Shown: piece after piece, positions 43,330 through 57,589 of the stretch
How positions within the stretch are numbered: position 1 is the stretch's first letter
Layout of the letters: the number at the start of each line of letters is the position of its first letter
NCBI GenBank assembly: GCA_964016885.1
Contig: OZ024743.1
Location: 130,200,001 to 130,264,000, forward strand
Reading direction: 5' to 3'
Origin: Eledone cirrhosa
Taxonomy: Eukaryota
DNA length: 64,000 bases
Position numbers and translations under genes: made by a program
The notes under the pieces: generated by a model
What the model was told of the DNA's origin: nothing
Seen by the model: the letters and a program-made list of their open reading frames with translations, nothing else
Database searches by the model: none

Positions 43330-46300
43330 ACCAAGCACCAAGGACCAAACACCAAACACCAAACACCAACCACCAGGCACAAAGCACCAAACACCAAGCA
43401 CCAAGCACCAAAAACCAAAGACCAAGCACAAAGCACCAAAGAGCAAACACCAAACAGCAAACACCAAACACCAAACACCAAACAGCAAACACCAAACAGC
43501 AAACACCAAACACCAAATAGCAAACACCAAAGGGCAAACTCCAAACACCAAACAGCAAACACAAAACACCAAACAGCAAACAACAAACAGCAAACACCAA
43601 AGAGCAAACAGCAAACAGCAAACACCAAACACCAAGCACCAAGCACCAAGCACCAAACACCAACACCAAGCACCAAGCACCAAACACCAAGCACCAAGCA
43701 CCAAACACCAAACACCAAGCTCCAAGCAACAAACACCAAACACCAAGCACCAAGCACCAAACACCAATCACCAAGCACCAAGCACCAAACCCCAAGCACC
43801 AAACACCAAGCACAAAACACCAAGCACCAAGCACCAAACACCAAACATCAAACACCAATCACCAAACATCAAACAGCAAACACCAAACACCAAACACCAA
43901 ACATAAAACACCAAACAACAAACAACAAACAACAAACGCCAAACATCAAACGCCAAACACCAAACACCAAATAGCAAACACCAAACCGCAAACACCAAAC
44001 ACCAAACAGCAAACACCAAACACCAAACAGCGAACACCAAACAGCAAACACCAAACAGCAAACAGCAAGCAACAAACACCAAACACCAAACACCAAGCAC
44101 CAAACTCCAAACACCAAGCACCAAGCACCAAGCACAAAACACCAAGCACCAAGCGCTAAACATAAAACACTATGCACCAAGCACCAAGCACCAAGCACCA
44201 AACACCAAACATCAAACACCAATCACCAAACATCAAACAGCAAACACCAAACACCAAACACCAAACATCAAACACCAAATAGCAAACAACAAACAACAAA
44301 CGCCAAACATCAAACGCCAAACACCAAACACCAAATAGCAAACACCAAACCGCAAACACCAAACACCAAACAGCAAACACCAAACAGCGAAGACCAAACA
44401 GCAAACACCAAACAGCAAACACCAAACACCAAACACCAAACACCAAGCACCAAGCACCAAGCACAAAACACCAAGCACCAAGCACCAAACACCAAGCACC
44501 AAACACCAAACACCAAGCACCAAGCGCCAAACACCAAGCACCGAGCACCAAGCACGAAACACCAAGCACCAATCACCAAACACCAAACACCAAGCACCAA
44601 ACACCAAACAGCAAACACCAATCACCAAACACCAAACACCAAACACCAAACACCAATCACCAAACACCAAACACCAAACACCAAACACCAAACACCAAAC
44701 ACCAAACAGTAAACACCAAACACCAAACAGCAAACACCAAACACCAAACACCAAACAGCAAACACCAAACACAAAACACCAAATAACAAACACCAAACAG
44801 CAAACACCAAACAAACAGCAAACAGCAAACACCAAGCATCATCCAACAAACACCAAACAACAAACGCCAAACAGCAAACGCCAACCACCAGATGCCAAAC
44901 AGCAAACGCCAAACACCAAACGCCAAACAGCAAACACCAAACACCAAACAGCAAACACCAAACACCAAACACCAAATAGCAAACACCAAACAGCAAACAC
45001 CAAACAGCAAACACCAAACAGCAAACACCAAACAGCAAACAGCAAACACCAAGCACCAAGCACCAAACACCAAGCACCAAGCAACAAGCACCAATCACCA
45101 AGCACCAAGCACTAAACGCCAAGCACCAAGCACCAAACACCAAGCACCAAGCACCAAGCACCAAACACCAAGCACCAAAGACCAAGCACCAAATACCAAG
45201 CACCAAGCACCAAACACCAATCACCAAGCACCAAGCACCAAACACCAAGAACCAAGCACCAATCACTAAACACCAAACACCAAGCACCAAGCACCAAACA
45301 CCAAACACCAAGCACCAAGTAGTAAACTCCAAACACCAAACACCAAGCACCAAGCACCAAATCCCAAGCACCAAACACCAAGCACCACACATCAAACACC
45401 AAGCACCAAGCACCAATCGCCAAGCACCAAGCACCAAGCAACAAACACAAAGCACCAAGCACCAAGCACCAAGCACCAAAGAGCAAACACGAAGCCCCAA
45501 GCACCAAACACCCAACACCAAACACCAAACATCAAACACCAATCACGAATCACCAAACAGCAAACATCAAACACCAAACACCAAACACCAAGCACCAAAC
45601 ACCAAACACCAAACACCAAGCACCAAGCACCAAACACCAAACACCAAGCACCAAGCACTAAACACCAAACACCAAGCACCAAGCACCAAGCACCAAACAC
45701 CAAGCACCAAGCACCAAGCACCAAACACCAAGCCCCAAGCACCAAACACCAAACACCAAGCACCAAACACCAAGCACCAAACAGCAAGCACCAAGCACCA
45801 AGCACCAGACACCAAGCACCGAGCACCAAACACCAAACACCAAGCACCAAGCACTAAACACCAAACACCAAGCACCAAGCACCAAGCACCAAGCACCAAA
45901 CACCAAGCACCAAGCACCAAGCACCAAGCACCAAGCACCAAACACCAAGCACCAAGCACCAAGGACCAAACACCAAACACCAAACACCAAACACCAACCA
46001 CCAGGCACAAAGCACCAAACACCAAGCACCAAGCACCAAAAACCAAAGACCAAGCACAAAGCACCAAAGAGCAAACACCAAACAGCAAACACCAAACACC
46101 AAACACCAAACAGCAAACACCAAACAGCAAACACCAAACACCAAATAGCAAACACCAAAGGGCAAACTCCAAACACCAAACAGCAAACACAAAACACCAA
46201 ACAGCAAACAACAAACAGCAAACACCAAAGAGCAAACAGCAAACAGCAAACACCAAACACCAAGCACCAAGCACCAAGCACCAAACACCAACACCAAGCA

Positions 46301-48780
46301 CCAAGCACCAAACACCAAGCACCAAGCACCAAACACCAAACACCAAGCTCCAAGCAACAAACACCAAACACCAAGCACCAAGCACCAAACACCAATCACC
46401 AAGCACCAAGCACCAAACCCCAAGCACCAAACACCAAGCACAAAACACCAAGCACCAAGCACCAAACACCAAACATCAAACACCAATCACCAAACATCAA
46501 ACAGCAAACACCAAACACCAAACACCAAACATAAAACACCAAACAACAAACAACAAACAACAAACGCCAAACATCAAACGCCAAACACCAAACACCAAAT
46601 AGCAAACACCAAACCGCAAACACCAAACACCAAACAGCAAACACCAAACACCAAACAGCGAACACCAAACAGCAAACACCAAACAGCAAACAGCAAGCAA
46701 CAAACACCAAACACCAAACACCAAGCACCAAACTCCAAACACCAAGCACCAAGCACCAAGCACAAAACACCAAGCACCAAGCGCTAAACATAAAACACTA
46801 TGCACCAAGCACCAAGCACCAAGCACCAAACACCAAACATCAAACACCAATCACCAAACACCAAACACCAAACACCAAACACCAAACACCAAACACCAAA
46901 CAGTAAACACCAAACACCAAACAGCAAACACCAAACACCAAACACCAAACAGCAAACACCAAACACAAAACACCAAATAACAAACACCAAACAGCAATCA
47001 CCAAACATCAAACAGCAATCACCAAACACCAAACACCAAACATCAAACACCAAATAGCAAACAACAAACAACAAACGCCAAACATCAAACGCCAAACACC
47101 AAACACCAAATAGCAAACACCAAACCGCAAACACCAAACACCAAACAGCAAACACCAAACAGCGAAGACCAAACAGCAAACACCAAACAGCAAACACCAA
47201 ACACCAAACACCAAACACCAAGCACCAAGCACCAAGCACAAAACACCAAGCACCAAGCACCAAACACCAAGCACCAAACACCAAACACCAAGCACCAAGC
47301 GCCAAACACCAAGCACCGAGCACCAAGCACGAAACACCAAGCACCAATCACCAAACACCAAACACCAAGCACCAAACACCAAACAGCAAACACCAATCAC
47401 CAAACACCAAACACCAAACACCAAACACCAAGCACCAAACACCAAGCACCAAACACCAAACACCAAGCACCAAGCGCCAAACACCAAGCACCGAGCACCA
47501 AGCACGAAACACCAAGCACCAATCACCAAACACCAAACACCAAGCACCAAACACCAAACAGCAAACACCAATCACCAAACACCAAACACCAAACACCAAA
47601 CACCAATCACCAAACACCAAACACCAAACACCAAACACCAAACACCAAACACCAAACAGTAAACACCAAACACCAAACAGCAAACACCAAACACCAAACA
47701 CCAAACAGCAAACACCAAACACAAAACACCAAATAACAAACACCAAACAGCAAACACCAAACAAACAGCAAACAGCAAACACCAAGCATCAACCAACAAA
47801 CACCAAACAACAAACGCCAAACAGCAAACGCCAACCACCAGATGCCAAACAGCAAACGCCAAACACCAAACGCCAAACAGCAAACACCAAACACCAAACA
47901 GCAAACACCAAACACCAAACACCAAATAGCAAACACCAAACAGCAAACACCAAACAGCAAACACCAAACAGCAAACACCAAACAGCAAACAGCAAACACC
48001 AAGCACCAAGCACCAAACACCAAGCACCAAGCAACAAGCACCAATCACCAAGCACCAAGCACCAAACACCAAGAACCAAGCACCAATCACTAAACACCAA
48101 ACACCAAGCACCAAGCACCAAACACCAAACACCAAGCACCAAGTAGTAAACTCCAAACACCAAACACCAAGCACCAAGCACCAAATCCCAAGCACCAAAC
48201 ACCAAGCACCACACATCAAACACCAAGCACCAAGCACCAATCGCCAAGCACCAAGCACCAAGCAACAAACACAAAGCACCAAGCACCAAGCACCAAGCAC
48301 CAAAGAGCAAACACGAAGCCCCAAGCACCAAACACCCAACACCAAACACCAAACATCAAACACCAATCACGAATCACCAAACAGCAAACATCAAACACCA
48401 AACACCAAACACCAAGCACCAAACACCAAACACCAAACACCAAGCACCAAGCACCAAACACCAAACACCAAGCACCAAGCACTAAACACCAAACACCAAG
48501 CACCAAGCACCAAGCACCAAACACCAAGCACCAAGCACCAAGCACCAAACACCAAGCCCCAAGCACCAAACACCAAACACCAAGCACCAAACACCAAGCA
48601 CCAAACAGCAAGCACCAAGCACCAAGCACCAGACACCAAGCACCGAGCACCAAACACCAAACACCAAGCACCAAGCACTAAACACCAAACACCAAGCACC
48701 AAGCACCAAGCACCAAGCACCAAACACCAAGCACCAAGCACCAAGCACCAAGCACCAAGCACCAAACACCAAGCACCAAG
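43330..48780 (-). repeat. Tandem HOR of about 2.6-2.95 kb, two copies
   Basis: Offsets 43767/46395 and 44156/46784 (2628); 44835/47785 (2950); 45542/48366 (2824). Markers CACTATGC, CCACCAGATGCC and GTAGTAAACTCC. Confidence 0.88.
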
Positions 48781-51700
48781 CACCAAGCACCAAACACCAA
48801 GCACCAAACACCAAACACCAAGCACCAAGCACCAAACACCAAATACCAAGCACCAAACACCAAGCACCAAACCCCAAGCACCAAACACCAAGCACCAAGC
48901 ACCAAACACCAAGCACCAAGCACCAAGCACCATGCACCAAACACCAAGCACCAAGCACCAAACAGCAAACACCAAACAGCAAACACCAAACACCAAACAC
49001 CAAACAGCAAACACCAAACAGCAAACACCAAACAGCAAACACCAAACACCAAACACCAAATAGCAAACGCCAAGAAGCAAACGCCAAACCCCAAACGCCA
49101 AACAGCAAATGCCAAACCCCAAACGCCAGACAGCAAGCGCCAAACGCCAAAAACCAAGCGCCAAGCACCAAACACCAAACACCAAGCACCAATCACCAAG
49201 CACCAAACACCAAACACCAAGCACCAAGTACCAAACACCAAACACTAAGCACCAAACACCAAACAGCAAACGCCAAAAAGCAAACGCCAAAGCCCATACG
49301 CCAAACAGCAAATGCCAAACCCCAAACGCCAAACAGCAAGCACCAAACACCAAACATCAAGCGCCAAGCACCAAACACCAAACACCAAGCACCAAGCACC
49401 AAACACCAAACACCAAGCACCAATCACCAAACACCAAGCACCAAGCGCCAAGCACCAAACACCAAACACCTAGCACCAAGCACCAAGCACCAAACACCAA
49501 GCACCAAACACCAATCACCAAGCTCCAAGCACCAAACACCAAACACCAAGCACCAAACACCAAACACCAAGCACCAAGCACCCAGAACCAAGCACCAAGC
49601 ACCAAACACCAAGCACCAAGCACCGAGCACCAAACACCTAGTACCAAGCACCAATCACCAAACACCAAGCACCAAGCACCAAACACCAAACACCAATCAC
49701 CAAGCACCAAGCACCAAACACCAAGAACCAAGCACCAAGCACTAAACACCAAACACCAAGCACCAAGCACCAAACACCAAACACCAAGCACCAAGTACCA
49801 AACTCCAAACACCAAACACCAAGCACCAAGCACCAGATCCCAAGCACCAAACACCAAGCACCAATCACCAAACACCAAACACCAAGCACCAAGCACCAAA
49901 CACCGAACACCAAGTACCAAGCACCAAACACCAAGCACCAATCGCCAAAGACCAAACACCAAGCACCAAGCACGAAACACCAAGCACCAAGCACCGAGCA
50001 CCAAACACCAAGTACCAAGCACCAATCACCAAACACCAAGCACCAAGCACCAAACATCAAACACCAAGCACCAAGCACCAAACACCAAACACCAAGCACC
50101 AAGCACCACACACCAAATACCAAGCACCAAGCACTAAACACCAAACACCAAGCACCAAGCACCAAGCATCAAGCACCAAGCACCAAACACCAAACACCAA
50201 ACACCAAGCACCAAAAACCAAGCACCAAGCTCCAAGCACCAAACACCAAGCACCAAACACCAAACACCAAGCACCAATCACCAAGCACCAAACACCAAGC
50301 ACCAAGCACCAAGCACCAAGCACCAAACACCAAGCACCAAGCACCAAACAGCAAACACCTAGCACCAAACACCAAACACCAAGCACCAAGCAACAAACAA
50401 CAAACACCAAGCACCAAACACCAAGCACCAAGCCCCAAGCACCAAACACCAAGCACCGAGCACCAAACACCAAGCACCAAGCACCAAGCACCATGAACCA
50501 AACACCAAGCACCAAGCACCAAACAGCAAACGCCAAACAGCAAACACCAAACACCAAACACCAAACAGCAAACGCCAAAAAGCAAACGCCAAACCCCAAA
50601 TGCCAAACAGCAAATGCCAAACCCCAAACGCCAAACAGCAAACGCCAAGCACCAAACACCAAACACCAAGAGCCAAGCACCAAACACCAAACACCAAGCA
50701 CCAAGCACCAAACACCAAACACCAAGCACCAATTACCAAACACCAAACACCAAGCGCGAAACACCAAACACCAAACACCTAGCACCAAGCACCAAGCACC
50801 AAACACCAAGCACCAAACACCAAGCACCAAGCACCAAGCACCAAGCACCAAGCACCAAACACCAATCACCAAGCCCCAAGCACCAAACACCAAGCACCCA
50901 GCACCAAACACCAAACACCAAGCACCCAGAACAATGCACCAAGCACCAAACACCAAACACCAAGCTCCAAGCACCAAACACCAAACACCAAGCACCAATT
51001 ACCAAACACCAAACACCAAGCGCGAAACACCAAACACCAAACACCTAGCACCAAGCACCAAGCACCAAACACCAAGCACCAAACACCAAGCACCAAGCAC
51101 CAAGCACCAAGCACCAAACACCAAACACCAAGCACCAATTACCAAACACCAAACACCAAGCGCGAAACACCAAACACCAAACACCTAGCACCAAGCACCA
51201 AGCACCAAGCACCAAACACCAAGCACCAAACACCAATCACCAAGCTCCAAGCACCAAACACCAAACACCAAGCACCAAACACCAAACACCAAGCACCAAG
51301 CACCCAGAACCAAGCACCAAGCACCAAACACCAAGCACCAAGCACCGAGCACCAAACACCTAGTACCAAGCACCAATCACCAAACACCAAGCACCAAGCA
51401 CCAAACACCAAACACCAATCACCAAGCACCAAGCACCAAACACCAAGAACCAAGCACCAATCACTAAACACCAAACACCAAGCACCAAGCACCAAACACC
51501 AAACACCAAGCACCAAGTAGTAAACTCCAAACACCAAACACCAAGCACCAAGCACCAAATCCCAAGCACCAAACACCAAGCACCACACATCAAACACCAA
51601 GCACCAAGCACCAATCGCCAAGCACCAAGCACCAAGCAACAAACACAAAGCACCAAGCACCAAGCACCAAGCACCAAAGAGCAAACACGAAGCCCCAAGC

Positions 51701-54700
51701 ACCAAACACCCAACACCAAACACCAAACATCAAACACCAATCACGAATCACCAAACAGCAAACATCAAACACCAAACACCAAACACCAAGCACCAAACAC
51801 CAAACACCAAACACCAAGCACCAAGCACCAAACACCAAACACCAAGCACCAAGCACTAAACACCAAACACCAAGCACCAAGCACCAAGCACCAAACACCA
51901 AGCACCAAGCACCAAGCACCAAACACCAAGCCCCAAGCACCAAACACCAAACACCAAGCACCAAACACCAAGCACCAAACAGCAAGCACCAAGCACCAAG
52001 CACCAGACACCAAGCACCGAGCACCAAACACCAAACACCAAGCACCAAGCACTAAACACCAAACACCAAGCACCAAGCACCAAGCACCAAGCACCAAACA
52101 CCAAGCACCAAGCACCAAGCACCAAGCACCAAGCACCAAACACCAAGCACCAAGCACCAAGCACCAAACACCAAGCACCAAACACCAAACACCAAGCACC
52201 AAGCACCAAACACCAAATACCAAGCACCAAACACCAAGCACCAAACCCCAAGCACCAAACACCAAGCACCAAGCACCAAACACCAAGCACCAAGCACCAA
52301 GCACCATGCACCAAACACCAAGCACCAAGCACCAAACAGCAAACACCAAACAGCAAACACCAAACACCAAACACCAAACAGCAAACACCAAACAGCAAAC
52401 ACCAAACAGCAAACACCAAACACCAAACACCAAATAGCAAACGCCAAGAAGCAAACGCCAAACCCCAAACGCCAAACAGCAAATGCCAAACCCCAAACGC
52501 CAGACAGCAAGCGCCAAACGCCAAAAACCAAGCGCCAAGCACCAAACACCAAACACCAAGCACCAAGCACCAAGCACCAAACACCAAACACCAAGCACCA
52601 AATACCAAACACCAAACACTAAGCACCAAACACCAAACAGCAAACGCCAAAAAGCAAACGCCAAAGCCCATACGCCAAACAGCAAATGCCAAACCCCAAA
52701 CGCCAAACAGCAAGCACCAAACACCAAACATCAAGCGCCAAGCACCAAACACCAAACACCAAGCACCAAGCACCAAACACCAAACACCAAGCACCAATCA
52801 CCAAACACCAAGCACCAAGCGCCAAGCACCAAACACCAAACACCTAGCACCAAGCACCAAGCACCAAACACCAAGCACCAAACACCAATCACCAAGCTCC
52901 AAGCACCAAACACCAAACACCAAGCACCAAACACCAAACACCAAGCACCAAGCACCCAGAACCAAGCACCAAGCACCAAACACCAAGCACCAAGCACCGA
53001 GCACCAAACACCTAGTACCAAGCACCAATCACCAAACACCAAGCACCAAGCACCAAACACCAAACACCAATCACCAAGCACCAAGCACCAAACACCAAGA
53101 ACCAAGCACCAAGCACTAAACACCAAACACCAAGCACCAAGCACCAAACACCAAACACCAAGCACCAAGTACCAAACTCCAAACACCAAACACCAAGCAC
53201 CAAGCACCAAATCCCAAGCACCAAACACCAAGCACCAATCACCAAACACCAAACACCAAGCACCAAGCACCAAACACCGAACACCAAGTACCAAGCACCA
53301 AACACCAAGCACCAATCGCCAAAGACCAAACACCAAGCACCAAGCACGAAACACCAAGCACCAAGCACCGAGCACCAAACACCAAGTACCAAGCACCAAT
53401 CACCAAACACCAAGCACCAAGCACCAAACATCAAACACCAAGCACCAAGCACCAAACACCAAACACCAAGCACCAAGCACCACACACCAAATACCAAGCA
53501 CCAAGCACTAAACACCAAACACCAAGCACCAAGCACCAAGCATCAAGCACCAAGCACCAAACACCAAACACCAAACACCAAGCACCAAAAACCAAGCACC
53601 AAGCTCCAAGCACCAAACACCAAGCACCAAACACCAAACACCAAGCACCAATCACCAAGCACCAAACACCAAGCACCAAGCACCAAGCACCAAGCACCAA
53701 ACACCAAGCACCAAGCACCAAACAGCAAACACCTAGCACCAAACACCAAACACCAAGCACCAAGCAACAAACAACAAACACCAAGCACCAAACACCAAGC
53801 ACCAAGCCCCAAGCACCAAACACCAAGCACCGAGCACCAAACACCAAGCACCAAGCACCAAGCACCATGAACCAAACACCAAGCACCAAGCACCAAACAG
53901 CAAACGCCAAACAGCAAACACCAAACAGCAAACACCAAACAGCAAACACCAAACACCAAACACCAAACAGCAAACGCCAAAAAGCAAACGCCAAACCCCA
54001 AATGCCAAACAGCAAATGCCAAACCCCAAACGCCAAACAGCAAACGCCAAGCACCAAACACCAAACACCAAGAGCCAAGCACCAAACACCAAACACCAAG
54101 CACCAAGCACCAAACACCAAACACCAAGCACCAATTACCAAACACCAAACACCAAGCGCGAAACACCAAACACCAAACACCTAGCACCAAGCACCAAGCA
54201 CCAAACACCAAGCACCAAACACCAAGCACCAAGCACCAAGCACCAAGCACCAAGCACCAAACACCAATCACCAAGCCCCAAGCACCAAACACCAAGCACC
54301 CAGCACCAAACACCAAACACCAAGCACCCAGAACAAAGCACCAAGCACCAAACACCAAACACCAAGCTCCAAGCACCAAACACCAAACACCAAGCACCAA
54401 TTACCAAACACCAAACACCAAGCGCGAAACACCAAACACCAAACACCTAGCACCAAGCACCAAGCACCAAACACCAAGCACCAAACACCAAGCACCAAGC
54501 ACCAAGCACCAAGCACCAAACACCAAACACCAAGCACCAATTACCAAACACCAAACACCAAGCGCGAAACACCAAGCACCAAACACCTAGCACCAAGCAC
54601 CAAGCACCAAGCACCAAACACCAAGCACCAAACACCAATCACCAAGCTCCAAGCACCAAACACCAAACACCAAGCACCAAACACCAAACACCAAGCACCA

Positions 54701-54850
54701 AGCACCCAGAACCAAGCACCAAGCACCAAACACCAAGCACCAAGCACCGAGCACCAAACACCTAGTACCAAGCACCAATCACCAAACACCAAGCACCAAG
54801 CACCAAACACCAAACACCAATCACCAAGCACCAAGCACCAAACACCAAGA
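48050..54850 (-). repeat. Tandem HOR of about 3.37-3.40 kb, two near-identical copies
   Basis: Offsets 48366/51740, 49109/52483 and 50165/53539 (3374 = 482 monomers); 50778/54180 and 51376/54778 (3402). Confidence 0.92.
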
Positions 54851-56080
54851 ACCAAGCACCAAGCACTAAACACCAAACACCAAGCACCAAGCACCAAACA
54901 CCAAACACCAAGCACCAAGTACCAAACTCCAAACACCAAACACCAAGCACCAAGCACCAAATCCCAAGCACCAAACACCAAGCACCAATCACCAAACACC
55001 AAACACCAAGCACCAAGCACCAAACACCGAACACCAAGTACCAAGCACCAAACACCAAGCACCAATCGCCAAAGACCAAACACCAAGCACCAAGCACGAA
55101 ACACCAAGCACCAAGCACCGAGCACCAAACACCAAGTACCAAGCACCAATCACCAAACACCAAGCACCAAGCACCAAACATCAAACACCAAGCACCAAGC
55201 ACCAAACACCAAACACCAAGCACCAAGCACCACACACCAAATACCAAGCACCAAGCACTAAACACCAAACACCAAGCACCAAGCACCAAGCATCAAGCAC
55301 CAAGCACCAAACACCAAACACCAAACACCAAGCACCAAAAACCAAGCACCAAGCTCCAAGCACCAAACACCAAGCACCAAACACCAAGCACCAATCACCA
55401 AGCACCAAACACCAAGCACCAAGCACCAAGCACCAAGCACCAAACACCAAGCACCAAGCACCAAACAGCAAACACCTAGCACCAAACACCAAACACCAAG
55501 CACCAAGCAACAAACAACAAACACCAAGCACCAAACACCAAGCACCAAGCCCCAAGCACCAAACACCAAGCACCGAGCACCAAACACCAAGCACCAAGCA
55601 CCAAGCACCATGAACCAAACACCAAGCACCAAGCACCAAACAGCAAACGCCAAACAGCAAACACCAAACAGCAAACACCAAACAGCAAACACCAAACACC
55701 AAACACCAAACAGCAAACGCCAAAAAGCAAACGCCAAACCCCAAATGCCAAACAGCAAATGCCAAACCCCAAACGCCAAACAGCAAACGCCAAGCACCAA
55801 ACACCAAACACCAAGAGCCAAGCACCAAACACCAAACACCAAGCACCAAGCACCAAACACCAAACACCAAGCACCAATTACCAAACACCAAACACCAAGC
55901 GCGAAACACCAAACACCAAACACCTAGCACCAAGCACCAAGCACCAAACACCAAGCACCAAACACCAAGCACCAAGCACCAGGCACCAAGCACCAAGCAC
56001 CAAACACCAATCACCAAGCCCCAAGCACCAAACACCAAGCACCCAACACCAAACACCAAACACCAAGCTCCAAGCACCAA
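52830..56080 (-). repeat. Tandem duplication of about 1.75 kb overlapping the 3.4-kb HOR
   Basis: Offsets 53028/54778 and 53539/55289 (1750 = 250 monomers); 54180/55923 (1743). Confidence 0.85.
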
Positions 56081-57589
56081 ACACCAAACACCAAGCACCA
56101 AGCACCAAGCACCAAACACCAAACACCAAGCTCCAAACACCAAACACCAAACACCAAGCACCAAGCACCAAACACCAAACACCAAGCACCAATCGCCAAA
56201 CACCAAACACCAAGAACCAAGCACCAAGCACCAAACCCCAAGCACCAAACACCAAGCACCAATCACCAAACACCGAACACCAAGAACCAAGCACCAAGCA
56301 CCAAACACCAAGCACCAAGCACCAAGCACCAAGCACCAAGCACCAAACACCAAGCACCAAGTACCACACACCAAACACCAAGCACCAAGCACCAAACACC
56401 AAACACCAAACACCAGGCACCAAGCACCAATCACCAAGCACCAAGCAAAAACACAAAGCACCAAGCACCAAGCACCAAACACCAAACACCAAACACCAGG
56501 CACCAAGCACCAAGCACCAAGCAGCAAGCACCAAGCACCAAACACCAAACACCAAGCCCAAATCACCAAAGAGCAAAAACAAAACACCAAGCACCAAACA
56601 CCAAACACCAAGCACCAAACACCAAACACCAAACACCAAATAGCAAAAACCAAAGAGCAAACTCCAAACACCAAACAGCAAACACAAAACACCAAACAGC
56701 AAACACCAAACAGCAAACTCCAAACACCAAACACCAAGCACCAAGCACCAAATCCCAAGCACCAAACACCAAGCACCAATCACCAAACACCAAGCACCAA
56801 GCACCAAACACCAAACACCAAGCACCAAGTACCAAACACCAAACACCAAGCACCAAACACTAAACAGCAAACGCAAAAAAGCAAATGCCAAACCCCAAAC
56901 GCCAAACAGCAAACGCCCAGCACCAAACACCAAACACCAAGCGCCAAGCACCAAACACCAAACACCAAGCACCAAGCACCAAACACCAAACACCAAGCAC
57001 AAATCACCAAACACCAAACACCAAGCGCCAAACACCAAACACCAAACACCTAGCACCAAGCACCAAGCACCAAACACCAAGCACCAAACACCAAGCACCA
57101 AGCACCAAGCACCAAGCACCAAGCACCAAACACCAATCACCAAGCCCCAAGCATCAAACACCAAGCACCCAGCACCAAACACCAAACACCAAGCACCAAG
57201 CACCAAGCACCAAACACCAAACACCAAGCACCAAGCACCAAACACCAAACACCAAGCACCAATCACCAAACACCAAGCCCCAAGCGCCAAACACCAAACA
57301 CCAAACACCTAGCACCAAGCACCAAGCACCGAACACCAAGCACCAAACACCAAGCACCAAGCACCAAGCACCAAGCACCAAGCACCAAACACCAATCACC
57401 AAGCCCCAAGCACCAAACACCAAGCACCAAGCACCAAACACCAAACACCAAGCACCAAGCACCCAGAACCAAGCACCAAGCACCAAACACCAAACTACCA
57501 AGCACCAAGCACCAAACACCAAACACCAAGCACCAAGCACCAAGCACCAAGCACCAAACACCATACACCAAGCACCAAGCACCAAACAC

